From IMG/VR virus record IMGVR_UViG_3300044712_001045, positions 1 through 35,208 of that record: DNA of 35,208 bases; one strand, 5' to 3'. Each line of letters opens with the position of its first letter. The first letter of the stretch is position 1. The notes under the pieces are model-generated. The model saw only the letters and a list, made by a program, of their open reading frames with translations. It ran no database searches and had not been told where the DNA came from. This DNA is from a virus. Position numbers and translations under genes: made by a program. Of this stretch, positions 1 through 9,065 are shown piece by piece.

Positions 1-127
1 AAGGCCCATCGTCATGGTGTCCGCTGCTTTCGAGGTCGCTGCCGACAGCGGACGCCCCACGTTCTCCTCGATTGAGCGCAGCCAGTCAGGCAGCCCCTTG
101 AGCCTCCGGTTGAGGTCGGGGTACTTC
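1..127. repeat. Terminal overlap: bases 1-127 are identical to 35082-35208, giving a circular unit of 35081 bp
   Basis: Direct base-by-base comparison of both ends. The repeat falls inside an open reading frame, so it looks like a closure overlap rather than physical genome ends. Confidence 0.95.
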
Positions 128-189
128 ACCCCCGGGGCGGTCTTCTCCCAGAACCCCGCCGGCTGCTGTCCACCCATCGTGTCAGGCAT
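1..189 (-). CDS. 5' end (63 codons, ATG at 189) of the wrap-around tape-measure-like/internal virion protein gene, which continues at 35208..33099
   Basis: ATG 189-187 directly abuts the TAG (192-190) of the upstream gene. The frame is open from 189 to 1 and is in phase with the frame open to the window end at 35207. Confidence 0.6.
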   Translation of the reverse strand, partial: MPDTMGGQQPAGFWEKTAPGVKYPDLNRRLKGLPDWLRSIEENVGRPLSAATSKAADTMTMGL

Positions 190-1167
190 CTAAGGCTTCC
201 CTATCAGCGAGTCGAAGTCCTTCAAGGGGTCACGGCCAACCGGCCCGGCCCCGCCCCTGGCGCCGGCCTCGAGCTGGGCCCGGTCGTAGGCCATGCGCCC
301 CTCTTCCTTCAGCCGCGACATCGCCTGCGTGGCGTTATACTCCGCTTGCTGGCGCTCCTCGGCGCTTCGGGCCGTGGCGGCGTCCTTCTCGTACTGCCGC
401 TGGACCGCCGCCATGCGCTCGGCGAAGTCCCTGTCCGTCTGCTTGATGCGCTCCTCGTAGGCCCGGCCCTCGGCGGTCTTCTGCCGCTCGGCCTTGTCCT
501 TCTGCAGCTTCTGCAACACCGTCTCCTGCTGGTTGCCGGTGTAGCCGTAGGCCCCGGCCTGCAGGAGGTGGAGGATGGGGACGCCGAACTTCTTGGCGAG
601 GGCCGCCAGCTTGTCTCCGAACTTGAGGCCCCGCTGCCCCTTGGCGGCGTCGGGGGCCTTTGCGCCCGCCTGCCCGGAGACCCCTTGCAGGAAGGACTCG
701 TCGCCCGACCGGGCGGCCTCGCGGGAGATCTCCGGGTCGGCGGCAACAGCCGTCGCGGAGGGGACCGCCGGGGCCTCGGGGGCCGCGGCGGCGGGCTCGG
801 CGGGGGGCGCGGCCGCGGCGGCATCGGCCCGCTCGTTGATCATGTGCTGGTTCATCGGGGCCCGGGCGGCTGCAGCGGCGGCGGCAGCGTCGGCCTCGAT
901 CTGCGGTGCGTCGGCCCGCTCCTTCTGGAGCTGCTCGTTCATCGGGGCCCGGGCCGCGGCTGCATCGGCGGCCTGCTTCGCCTCTATTTGGGGAGCCTCC
1001 ACCCTCTCCTGAGCCATGAGGGTGTTAATGGGCTCCCGTGCCGCTGCCGGATCGGGTTCTGCGGCGGGGGCCTGGATGGCCCGGTCAAAGTCGGTCACCC
1101 TGTCGGGCATCGCAGTGGGGGTCGGTTTCTGTTCGGCTGCCTCGGCGATCCTGTCAAAGAAGCCCAT
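190..1167 (-). CDS. Hypothetical virion (ejection/internal-like) protein, 325 aa, Ala/Glu-rich with 29-aa tandem repeats
   Basis: ORF with high third-position GC. ATG 1167 overlaps the upstream TGA (TGATG). C-terminal half is a charged coiled-coil-like sequence. The N-terminus MGFFD resembles the MGMFD of the upstream gene. Confidence 0.6.
   Translation of the reverse strand: MGFFDRIAEAAEQKPTPTAMPDRVTDFDRAIQAPAAEPDPAAAREPINTLMAQERVEAPQIEAKQAADAAAARAPMNEQLQKERADAPQIEADAAAAAAAARAPMNQHMINERADAAAAAPPAEPAAAAPEAPAVPSATAVAADPEISREAARSGDESFLQGVSGQAGAKAPDAAKGQRGLKFGDKLAALAKKFGVPILHLLQAGAYGYTGNQQETVLQKLQKDKAERQKTAEGRAYEERIKQTDRDFAERMAAVQRQYEKDAATARSAEERQQAEYNATQAMSRLKEEGRMAYDRAQLEAGARGGAGPVGRDPLKDFDSLIGKP
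808..1038. repeat. About 87-bp tandem repeat, roughly 2.7 copies, inside CDS 190..1167
   Basis: Encodes REPINTLMAQERVEAPQIEAKQAADAAAA / RAPMNEQLQKERADAPQIEADAAAAAAAA / RAPMNQHMINERADAAAAA. DNA units begin with catcggggcccggg. Confidence 0.8.
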
Positions 1168-1979
1168 CAGCCCCTCCCCTTCTCGAGCTCCTGCACCCTG
1201 CGGTAGAGCTTCGCCACCAGGGCCAGGGTCGCCGGGGCCAGCTCCCGTGCGTCGAGGGCCTTGCCGGCGGGGGTGTCCACGACGGCTTCCTTCATCGGGC
1301 CCTTCTCCACGTCCTGGGCGAGCACGCCGATGCGGCCCTCACCGGGCCTGCCCTTGTAGTCGTAGCTCACCGTCCGCAGCTTCCCGAGGGCGGCCTCGAG
1401 GTCGAGGGGGCCCTTGACGTCCTTGGCCCGCTCGTCGGAGAGCATCGAGGCGGCGGCACCGGCGGTGTTGCCGACGGCTCCCCACATCGCCTGCTGCTGG
1501 GCTGCGCCCTGCTGCGCCTGCTGGCTGCCGATGCCCGCTTGGATGCCAGCGGCGTTCAGCCGCCTGCCGGCCATCTCGGCGCCCTGCCCTGCGATCTGCT
1601 GGGTGCCCGCCATGTAGTTGCCAATGCCGGTGTTCATCGCGGCCTGCTGGGTGTTGCCGTAGATGTCGCCCGCCCGCTGGGACCCGGCGAGGGCCGCCTG
1701 CCCCTTGTTGAGCCCCGAGGTGCGGGCCGCCTGCGTGGCCGCCCGGGTGCCCGAGGTCGCCGCGCCGCGGGCCTGCTCGTCGGCAAGCTGGGAGGCGCTT
1801 TGCTGCGCGTTCCGCATGTAGTCGCCCGCGTTGGCCCCGAAGCTCGCCGCGGCGCCGCGGTCGTATGCCTGCCCCAGCGGGGCGGCCTGGGCGCCAACCG
1901 CCGCGGCGGTGTTGCCCGCCCTGTTCTGCTGCTTGTCACCGGACGGCTTGTTGCCGAACATCCCGTCGAACATTCCCAT
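1167..1979 (-). CDS. Gln/Ala/Gly-rich fibre or needle-like protein with a C-terminal intramolecular-chaperone (peptidase S74-like) domain, 270 aa
   Basis: C-terminal LSDERAKDVKG...RTVSYDYKG...RIGVLAQDVEKGPMKEAV...LVAKLYRRVQELE matches the S-D-x-R-x-K / G-x-iAQ-v / LE signature of tail-fibre auto-cleaving chaperone domains. Confidence 0.65.
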   Translation of the reverse strand: MGMFDGMFGNKPSGDKQQNRAGNTAAAVGAQAAPLGQAYDRGAAASFGANAGDYMRNAQQSASQLADEQARGAATSGTRAATQAARTSGLNKGQAALAGSQRAGDIYGNTQQAAMNTGIGNYMAGTQQIAGQGAEMAGRRLNAAGIQAGIGSQQAQQGAAQQQAMWGAVGNTAGAAASMLSDERAKDVKGPLDLEAALGKLRTVSYDYKGRPGEGRIGVLAQDVEKGPMKEAVVDTPAGKALDARELAPATLALVAKLYRRVQELEKGRG

Positions 1980-4900
1980 CTAGAGACTCCTCGCCGCCCG
2001 CGGCGTTGCCACGGCTTCATCGCCCCACTGGACCGACACCTCGGTGATGACCAGCTTGCTGGTCGTCGTCACCGTGATGGACGAGCCCAGGGCCCGCTGC
2101 GTCTTCGGCTGCATCCTGATCCTCGTGTACCCCATGCTGGTCCAGTCAGCCGGGTTGAGGGTCACCGTCTTCACGTTGCTGGCGTACCCGTCCTCATCGA
2201 AGGAGTCGCAGGTCACCGTCACGCTCACCGGGGCCGTCCGGGTGGCGCAGTAGAGCGTCAGGAACCAGTCCGTCGTCACCGCCCGCGTGGCGCCCTTGGG
2301 CCCGTAGTACGGGGACTGCCAGGTCAACGCCACCACCGTCGAGGCCGACAGGGCCACGTAGCTGTATACCCACTTGTAGGTGTCGTTGAGCACCACCACC
2401 CCGTTGACCGTGTCGTAGAGCCGGGTGGAGGTCTGGAGGGCGAGCTTGTTGTTGAGGCTCACCACCTCGTCGCGCACCCAGATGATGGTGTTGGCGGTCT
2501 GGAGGCAGAGGGTGTTGTCGCGCACGCTCCACACCCCGTCGGTGATCACCTCGAGGTCGTTCATCCTCGTGAGCTTGGAGAGCTCCCGGCCGCCGTTGAA
2601 GACGTAGATCGAGTTGTCGAAGGCGGAGAGGAAGAAGATGTTGGTCGGCGAGCTGGCGACGTAGACCATCCCCGTGCACTGGGCAAGCGGGGCACCCTTG
2701 CCGCTGTAGAGCGACCCGTTGAAGGTGGTGAGGTAGATGTCGTTCTCGTCGCAGACGTAGGTCTGCCCGAAGAGGCGGAAGGACTCGAACTGCCCGGGAA
2801 TGTCGTTGCCCAGCTCGTAGCAGAGATAGTCGAAGTTGATGTCCGAGCTGCCCGTCACTCCGACTCCCACGAAGACGGTGTTGAGGTCCGTCTTCATCAC
2901 CGCCGTGGAGAAGGGGTAGCCGATGGCAAAGGGAATCCGTGTGTCGGTGACGTAGAGCACATCCTCCAGATCCACGTTGGCCCTTGCGGCGTTGTACGAC
3001 TTGTAGGTGGTGGAGTAGGTGTCCGCGAGGTAGATGTTCGCCCCGTAGTCCTTGACCGTGCGGTCAACAAAGGAGGGAAGCTCGATCCCGGGGATGATGT
3101 TGGTCACGGTGGAGAAGGTCTGGGTGCTGGACTTGTCGCCGGTGTCGATGGAGTTGGCGTGCCCGCCCTGCATCAGCCCTACAACCTGGGCCGCGGCTCC
3201 GATGGCTCCCGAGGACCGCAGCAGCATCCTGCCGTTGTAGTCGTTGACGCCCAGCGTCATGGTCTTCTCGGCAACGTCCACGGCGTTGATGGGCGATAGG
3301 CAGTTGACCATGTAGACGTTGTCGCCCACCCGCTGGATGGTGTGGGTGGCGTTCTTCTCGATGGTCAGGTGGAAGAGCGTCCCGTTGTAGCGGTAGACGC
3401 ACTGGAGCTTGGTGGTCCCGTTGTCAACGATGTGCGGGACGAAGAACTCGTCGAACTCGCCGACCTGGGTGACCGGCACCCCGAGGCAGTCGATGGGCGA
3501 GGTGCTCGAGGCCCCGACGACCGCCGCCGAGAGCAGGGACGCCCTGCCGCTCACACCCCCCGAGGTGGGGATCATCACAGCCCGCAGCGAACAGGTTGGG
3601 CCCAGCGAGTTGTTGGGGATGTCGGTGAGCTTGCCGTAGCCATTGCAGAGGGTGTGGGTCTGGGACTGCTGGTAGTCGTACCAGGGCCCGCCGCCCGTGT
3701 GTCCCATTACCGGGGCCTGGTAGTAGTAGATGTTGGTGGCGGTGTCAGACCGCGTGAAGGTCGCCTCTGCGTACCCGGGGCCGCTCACGTTGTTGGTGAT
3801 GGTCACAGTCACCGCGGCGAGGGCCACCCCGTAGTAGGTGGGGGTCGCCGAGTAGGTGCCCGCCTGGTTGTAGCCGACCTCGCCGATCCCGGTCAGTAGG
3901 TTCGCGGCGTTCTTCTTCACGTCGAAGGTGATGACCGCACGCGAGTAGGCTGTCCCGCAGAAGGTATCCATCGCCGCCCAGGTGCAGTCGGTGATGGCGG
4001 TCGGCGTTCCCGTCGGGTCGCCGATGCTCCACGACCCCGAGCGCCCCTGGTCGCCAAGGAGGTAGTTGTCGGCGTAGAACTTCCAGCCGAAGGTAATCCC
4101 GTAGTAGGCCGAGGCCCCGTAGGTGGCAGCGTAGCTGGTCCCGCCCTCGCCCACGGCAACGAACTTCGCCAGCTCGGGCGACCAGCAGACGGCGTTCCAG
4201 GTGTTGGCTTCCAGCGTGCCGTAGGACCAGGTGACCCCGTCGGGGGAGGTGGCGGTGTAGTTGGTGGTTCCCCCGCCCACGGCAACGAAGAGCGAGAGCT
4301 GCGGCGACCAGCTCACCGACTTCCAAGCATCCGCGGAGATGGTGCCCACGGTCCACGACGTGCCGTTGGTGGAGGTGGCGACCCTGTCGGTGCCGTCCGA
4401 TGCGACGGCAACAAAGATCTGCTTCTCCTCGGACCAGCAGACGGACTCCCAGGTGCCAGCGGCGAGCGTCCTTGCGCTCCACGACGTTCCGTTCGTAGAG
4501 CTCACGGCGTAGGGCCCGCTGCCGCCTATCGACCCGTCTCCTACGGCAACGAACAGGCGCAGCGAGGGCGACCAGCAGACGGAGTGCCAGTACCCGGCCG
4601 CCATCCCGGCGACGGTCCAGCTCGTTCCGTTCGACGAAATGGCGTAGTTGTTGCCGCCGAGTGCAACGAAGACGGCAAGTTCGGGAGACCAGCAGACGGT
4701 GTCCCATGTTGCGTCGGCCAGCGTCCTGTTTGTCCACGAGGTGCCGTTGGTGGACGATGCCGCGTTGGTGGGGTCTCCGTTGCCGACGGCAACGAACATG
4801 GCAAGCTGCGGCGACCAGGCGACGGCATTCCACGCCCCGGCCGTTATCGTCCTGGTGGTCCACGACGCCCCGTCGGTCGAGGACGCCGCGTAGTTGGTGC

Positions 4901-5570
4901 CCCCGGCGCCGACGGCAACGAAAAGCCCGAGGGTTGGCGCCCAGGCAACGGACTTCCAGGTGTTCCCGGCAAGCGTCTGGGTCGCCCACACCGTGCCGCC
5001 GATGGTGGTCACCGACCCGTCGGACTCCTTGATGAGGTAGGCCGCGGTGTTGTTGGAGGCGATGTACTCCAGGTCGTCGGCAAACGCCATCGAGGGGTAC
5101 TTGATGAGGCAGAGGCTCGTGATAACGACCGCCGGCATGGAGAAGGTGGTGGTCCGCGTGTTCGCCACCGCCCCCGTGGAGGCCGTGATCTCGTCCACCC
5201 GGATGGCGTCACCCACCCGCACGATGGCGATGATGGTCCCCGTGGCGCTCCAGGCAGCATCGGCGTACCCTGCCAGCATCCCGCGCAGGGTCATGGCGTA
5301 GGGACCGACGTTGCCCACCACGGTGTCGTTGATCCGCACGTTGTGCGAGGAGTCCACCTGCAGCAGATCCCCGCTCCTGGTGACCACCGAAGTCCCGGCG
5401 GTGGCGTGGGCCGTCTGCTGCTGGTAGAGGTTGGTCACCCCTCCCCCGCGCTCGATGCCGGTGTTCTGCTCGCACTCCGCCTCGGGGTCACGGAAGTCGT
5501 AGATCGGCGTGCCCGCCGGGGTGTCGGTGCAGAGGGAGGAACGGAGGTTCAGGTCAACGCGGTTCACCAT
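1980..5570 (-). CDS. Large tail protein, 1196 aa (nozzle / tail tubular B-like), with a seven-repeat beta-propeller region
   Basis: ATG 5570 overlaps the upstream TGA (TGATG); the track ORF starts 15 nt further upstream. Seven ~42-46-aa repeats W-x-SV-x-WSP-x-L-x-x-FVAVG...S-x-(D/N)G-x-SWT span 4116..4967. It sits after the capsid and adaptor-like genes. Confidence 0.6.
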   Translation of the reverse strand: MVNRVDLNLRSSLCTDTPAGTPIYDFRDPEAECEQNTGIERGGGVTNLYQQQTAHATAGTSVVTRSGDLLQVDSSHNVRINDTVVGNVGPYAMTLRGMLAGYADAAWSATGTIIAIVRVGDAIRVDEITASTGAVANTRTTTFSMPAVVITSLCLIKYPSMAFADDLEYIASNNTAAYLIKESDGSVTTIGGTVWATQTLAGNTWKSVAWAPTLGLFVAVGAGGTNYAASSTDGASWTTRTITAGAWNAVAWSPQLAMFVAVGNGDPTNAASSTNGTSWTNRTLADATWDTVCWSPELAVFVALGGNNYAISSNGTSWTVAGMAAGYWHSVCWSPSLRLFVAVGDGSIGGSGPYAVSSTNGTSWSARTLAAGTWESVCWSEEKQIFVAVASDGTDRVATSTNGTSWTVGTISADAWKSVSWSPQLSLFVAVGGGTTNYTATSPDGVTWSYGTLEANTWNAVCWSPELAKFVAVGEGGTSYAATYGASAYYGITFGWKFYADNYLLGDQGRSGSWSIGDPTGTPTAITDCTWAAMDTFCGTAYSRAVITFDVKKNAANLLTGIGEVGYNQAGTYSATPTYYGVALAAVTVTITNNVSGPGYAEATFTRSDTATNIYYYQAPVMGHTGGGPWYDYQQSQTHTLCNGYGKLTDIPNNSLGPTCSLRAVMIPTSGGVSGRASLLSAAVVGASSTSPIDCLGVPVTQVGEFDEFFVPHIVDNGTTKLQCVYRYNGTLFHLTIEKNATHTIQRVGDNVYMVNCLSPINAVDVAEKTMTLGVNDYNGRMLLRSSGAIGAAAQVVGLMQGGHANSIDTGDKSSTQTFSTVTNIIPGIELPSFVDRTVKDYGANIYLADTYSTTYKSYNAARANVDLEDVLYVTDTRIPFAIGYPFSTAVMKTDLNTVFVGVGVTGSSDINFDYLCYELGNDIPGQFESFRLFGQTYVCDENDIYLTTFNGSLYSGKGAPLAQCTGMVYVASSPTNIFFLSAFDNSIYVFNGGRELSKLTRMNDLEVITDGVWSVRDNTLCLQTANTIIWVRDEVVSLNNKLALQTSTRLYDTVNGVVVLNDTYKWVYSYVALSASTVVALTWQSPYYGPKGATRAVTTDWFLTLYCATRTAPVSVTVTCDSFDEDGYASNVKTVTLNPADWTSMGYTRIRMQPKTQRALGSSITVTTTSKLVITEVSVQWGDEAVATPRAARSL

Positions 5571-7003
5571 CAGTACCACCCCCACCGGGAGCCGTAGGCG
5601 CTGTTGATGCGGGCGGGGGCGAACTCATCCCGCTTGATGCTGGACCGGAACCGCTCCCAGAGGGCCGCGAGCCGGGCAGCGAGCTTCTCGGTGTCCTTCT
5701 CACCCTTGGCCCGGAAGTCCACCGCGGCCTGGTGGGCCATGATCTCGGGCACCAGGTTGTTGGGGTAGCTGAAGTCGTAGTCCACCGTGGCGTCGAGGGC
5801 CAGCATCTTGAGCTGCGCCCGGGTCAGCATCGGGATCACCCACACCGACGGCGCCGGGACCGCGAGCTGCCCGATGGCCGACACCTCGTTGGAGTCGTCG
5901 TAGACCGCGTGCCCGATGTCACCCACGTCGGTGGCGAGCTGGTCGGTGGCGGTGAGGGCCGGGGTGGCGTTGACCGTCAGCCGGTTGACCACGTAGTCGG
6001 TGCCGAGGGTGTAGAGGTACGTGCCGTCGGTCGTGACCTTGGTTACCCCGCTCGCAACCACGGTCGCAGCGGGGCTCAGGCTCTTCAGCGCCCCCGAGGC
6101 GACGTAGTAGATCACCGCCCCCGCCTTGCAGAGGGAGCTCGCCGCGGTGGTGCTGATGACCGAGGCGCTCCCGCCCGCGAGGGTGCAGCTTTTGATCTCG
6201 GTGGCGGTCGCGTAGTAGATGGTGGCGTCCACGATGTGGAACGCCACGACGCCCACCGTGGTTGCCAGCACCGTCGTCGGGCCGGTGAAGGCCGCCGACA
6301 GGTCGGTGTCCTTGGAGAAGACCCCGCCGCCACGAATCCAGAAGAGGGTCCCCTGGTAGTACTGCAGGTTGGTCACGGTCCCGCTGTCCGTGAACAGGGC
6401 CACCGGGGCACTCACGGTCGAGAGCGTCTGGCTCTCGGCCTTGATCCCGTAGGATGCCCCCATGTAGATCATGGTGCGGTTGTAGGACGCCCAGGCCGGC
6501 ACGGTGAGGGCCCGCTTGTTGGGCGGGGTGTAGCTGGTGCCGTAGTAGTAGGCCGGCTGCGGGAGGGTGATGAGGGCCGGCGGCGGGTAGTAGCCCATGC
6601 GGAGGCTCGTGGCGTTGCTGCCGATGATCCAGAGGTAGTCACCCTTGAGCCGGTAGTAGGGCTCGCCGGGGTTGTGGTCCTTCATCGACAGGGGGAACTT
6701 CTTCACCGGCCACCAGTCGCCATGGGGGCCCTTGTAGTCCAGGTAGCGGATCTGCGCGAAGTCCGCTGGCAGCGGGATCAGGTATTCGTTGGTCGAGCCC
6801 GCGACGGCGTAGGTGCTGCTGATGGTGTAGGTGACCTCGGTCACGTAGTAGTCGTCGTCGGAGTCCTTGAGGGCGGCGTAGATGTCCTTCCAGGCTTCGT
6901 TTAGGGAGTGGATCTCGTCGGCGTGGGTGACGTTGGCCGAGTTGGGCAGCTCGGCGATGCTCCGCGCCCTCTTGATGATCTCGGAGGCTCTCTGCAAGTC
7001 CAT
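5570..7003 (-). CDS. Head-to-tail adaptor / tail tubular A-like protein, 477 aa (assigned by position)
   Basis: First gene after the capsid terminator. Helical N- and C-terminal segments flank a central beta-rich region with repeated YY...G motifs. ATG 7003 is 5 nt downstream of the conserved CTGCCGCCTATAC element. Confidence 0.45.
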   Translation of the reverse strand: MDLQRASEIIKRARSIAELPNSANVTHADEIHSLNEAWKDIYAALKDSDDDYYVTEVTYTISSTYAVAGSTNEYLIPLPADFAQIRYLDYKGPHGDWWPVKKFPLSMKDHNPGEPYYRLKGDYLWIIGSNATSLRMGYYPPPALITLPQPAYYYGTSYTPPNKRALTVPAWASYNRTMIYMGASYGIKAESQTLSTVSAPVALFTDSGTVTNLQYYQGTLFWIRGGGVFSKDTDLSAAFTGPTTVLATTVGVVAFHIVDATIYYATATEIKSCTLAGGSASVISTTAASSLCKAGAVIYYVASGALKSLSPAATVVASGVTKVTTDGTYLYTLGTDYVVNRLTVNATPALTATDQLATDVGDIGHAVYDDSNEVSAIGQLAVPAPSVWVIPMLTRAQLKMLALDATVDYDFSYPNNLVPEIMAHQAAVDFRAKGEKDTEKLAARLAALWERFRSSIKRDEFAPARINSAYGSRWGWY

Positions 7004-7008
7004 CGGTA

Positions 7009-7021
7009 GTATAGGCGGCAG
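7009..7021 (-). promoter_or_regulatory. Conserved element CTGCCGCCTATAC (copy 4), candidate late promoter
   Basis: The exact 12-mer CTGCCGCCTATA is shared with three other sites. It lies between the capsid terminator and ATG 7003. A degenerate inverted copy, CCTATATAGGTCGCCGCAG (minus strand), is at 7037-7055. Confidence 0.5.
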
Positions 7022-7050
7022 TCAGCAACAAACCCTGCGGCGACCTATAT

Positions 7051-7090
7051 AGGAAAAAAGAAGGGCCCCGGGGGAGGCAGCCCGGGGCCC
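7051..7090 (-). terminator. Intrinsic terminator downstream of the major capsid gene
   Basis: Minus strand reads GGGCCCCGGG-ctgcctcc-CCCGGGGCCC followed by TTCTTTTTTCC: a 10-bp GC stem, 8-nt loop and T tract, about 25 nt after the TAA at 7115. Confidence 0.8.
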
Positions 7091-7114
7091 TTGGGGCTGG
7101 AGCAGGTGGGAGGC

Positions 7115-8494
7115 TTAGAACACGACGACCGCGCAGTGGCCCGGCTCGTGGACCACGAAGTTCCCGTAGACGCTCATGGACACCTGGGCCGCGGGGCCCT
7201 CGACGCTGGTCGAGTTGGGGACGACGTTGAGGTAGTCGTCGATGATCATGCGGAAGCTGGTGTCGGGCTCGTTCTGGGCCTCGACGCTGGCGGCGCCGGG
7301 CTCGTTCTCAGCCGGCAGGCCCTCGTCCATCGGGCTCGTGTTGGACAGGGCGGCGAACTCCACCACCTCGCTGTCGATGATGTAGGCCGTGCCCTGCGGG
7401 CAGTAGGGGTCGTCCACCAGCTTGTCGAGCCACGAGGTCGAGAAGGCAAAGGCCATCTTCGACACGCCGCGCACGACCTGGTTGGGGCTGTTCTTGGCGC
7501 CCGCGGTGTTGACCTGCTGCATGTAGGCCGTCTGGGCGTGCAGCTCGCCGATGATGGTCATGTAGTCTTCGTCGTTGACCACGATCATGTCGGGCACACC
7601 GCCACCGCGGCGGGCAAGCTTGATGCCCTGGAGGAGGGCGTCGATCATCAGCTCGCCCGGCTGCCGGCGGTAGAACCACCCCGCGAGGCTGTTGGTGGAC
7701 ACCGACCGGGTCACGCCGTAGAAGGCGGTCCCGATGTAGGTCGTCCAGGTCGCGCCCGAGCGGTTGGCGATGCTGGGAATCCAGCCGGCGAACCCGGTGG
7801 GCATCGAGGCCGCGGGGGTGGCGTCACGCCCGCCCGCAAGCTCGATGATGGAGCCCGCAGCCCAGCCTCCGGCCGTGGCGCCGCCGCCCGTCCAGGTGAT
7901 CGTGTTTCCGTCGATGGCGCTCACGGTGCGGACGGTGGCGTCGTAGAAGGCCGAGGTCGGGGTCGCCCCGTTGGTGACGTAGAACTGGGTGCCGATGTCC
8001 AGCTTGACGATGGTGTCGGCGTTGAGGGTCGCCGTGGTGGCAGCCGCGGCAACCGCCGTCGGCAGGGCCCCGATGTCACCGCAGCCGAAGCCGAAGAGAC
8101 AGGCGGCGAAGGACTTGCGGGTGCCCTCGGTGGCGGCGAACATCTTGTTGACCAGCGGCTTGATGTAGGCGCCCTTGTTCCCGCCCCGGGAGGCGGCGAG
8201 GATTTCCTTCTGGGTCACGGTGAAGACCGTGTGGATGTTGCCGGGGACGACCGCCATCTCCGCGTTGCGGCTGGAGCTCGCGGCGTTGGCAACGGCCACG
8301 GTGTAGTCGCCCGAGGTCGCACCGCCGCGCCCGTAGAGCATGGCGATGTTGTAGGCGCGCCCGCCGACCCGGTTCTTCTGGATCTTCCGCAGTGTCGGCG
8401 AGTTGCGGAACAGAAGCTGCGGGAACCTCTTTTCGGTGTACCACGTCTTGTAGATCGAAACGAGGTTCGTGTCGCTGGTGACCTGCTGGGCCAT
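7115..8494 (-). CDS. Major capsid protein, 459 aa
   Basis: Size, position directly after a scaffold-like gene, GGAGAGAAC RBS, and a strong terminator immediately downstream. No homology search was run. Confidence 0.7.
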   Translation of the reverse strand: MAQQVTSDTNLVSIYKTWYTEKRFPQLLFRNSPTLRKIQKNRVGGRAYNIAMLYGRGGATSGDYTVAVANAASSSRNAEMAVVPGNIHTVFTVTQKEILAASRGGNKGAYIKPLVNKMFAATEGTRKSFAACLFGFGCGDIGALPTAVAAAATTATLNADTIVKLDIGTQFYVTNGATPTSAFYDATVRTVSAIDGNTITWTGGGATAGGWAAGSIIELAGGRDATPAASMPTGFAGWIPSIANRSGATWTTYIGTAFYGVTRSVSTNSLAGWFYRRQPGELMIDALLQGIKLARRGGGVPDMIVVNDEDYMTIIGELHAQTAYMQQVNTAGAKNSPNQVVRGVSKMAFAFSTSWLDKLVDDPYCPQGTAYIIDSEVVEFAALSNTSPMDEGLPAENEPGAASVEAQNEPDTSFRMIIDDYLNVVPNSTSVEGPAAQVSMSVYGNFVVHEPGHCAVVVF

Positions 8495-8503
8495 GTTCTC
8501 TCC

Positions 8504-9055
8504 TTAGTCTCGGGGCTCGCCCAGGATGCCAGGCACCCTGCCGCCCTTGCCTTTCATTGCCTTGATGCGCTGGACGATGGGAGCCGCGGGGTCTTCCTCC
8601 TCCTCGTCCTCTTTCTCGGGAGCCGCGTCCTTGGTGACTTCGACCGACACGGCGGCGGCAGGCTCGCCCTTGACCGCCTTGATCCGCTCGAGCAGATCCG
8701 CGGCGAGGGACTTCACCTTGCCGTCCACTTCCTCGTCAGCCACGCCGTCGAGCTCACCCATGAGGTTTTCCCAGAGGTCGCCCTTGTAGAGCTTCCCGTA
8801 GGCGTCGGCCGAGTCCTTGAAGAGGTCGGCGTACTTGCCCTTGAGGCCCTCGAGCTTCTCGAAGCGGGTGTTCTCTTCGTACAGCTTGGAGACCCCGCCG
8901 ATGAGCTCGTCCATGACGACGCGCTTGAGCTCGGCGAGCTCGCTGGCGAACTGCTGCAGGATCTCGGCCACCGTGCCGAACTTCTCCTCGCAGCCGCCGT
9001 GGTCGCCGCCCATGACTCCGTCCACTGTCGCCCTCTCTTCCGGCGTCAGATCCAC
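8504..9055 (-). CDS. Scaffolding protein, 183 aa
   Basis: Highly acidic, helical and low-complexity (EKEDEEEEDP). Sits immediately upstream of the capsid gene. Confidence 0.6.
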   Translation of the reverse strand: MDLTPEERATVDGVMGGDHGGCEEKFGTVAEILQQFASELAELKRVVMDELIGGVSKLYEENTRFEKLEGLKGKYADLFKDSADAYGKLYKGDLWENLMGELDGVADEEVDGKVKSLAADLLERIKAVKGEPAAAVSVEVTKDAAPEKEDEEEEDPAAPIVQRIKAMKGKGGRVPGILGEPRD

Positions 9056-9065
9056 GCCGCTACTC

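Noticed and set aside
1-127. The 127-bp terminal repeat as a genuine T7-like direct terminal repeat
   Set aside because: It lies in the middle of a continuous 723-aa reading frame. Its length equals a typical assembler k-mer, so a closure artefact of a circular or permuted genome is more likely. See the corresponding finding for how to test this.
1038-3299. Very long plus-strand ORFs, for example 1038..3299 (753 aa), 7091..9103 (670 aa), 11682..13013, 27484..28644 and 4584..5597
   Set aside because: They lie antisense to well-supported minus-strand genes. They translate to Arg/Gly/Pro/Val-rich low-complexity sequence with no motifs, and they lack RBSs. They are stop-poor shadow frames, as expected in GC-rich DNA.
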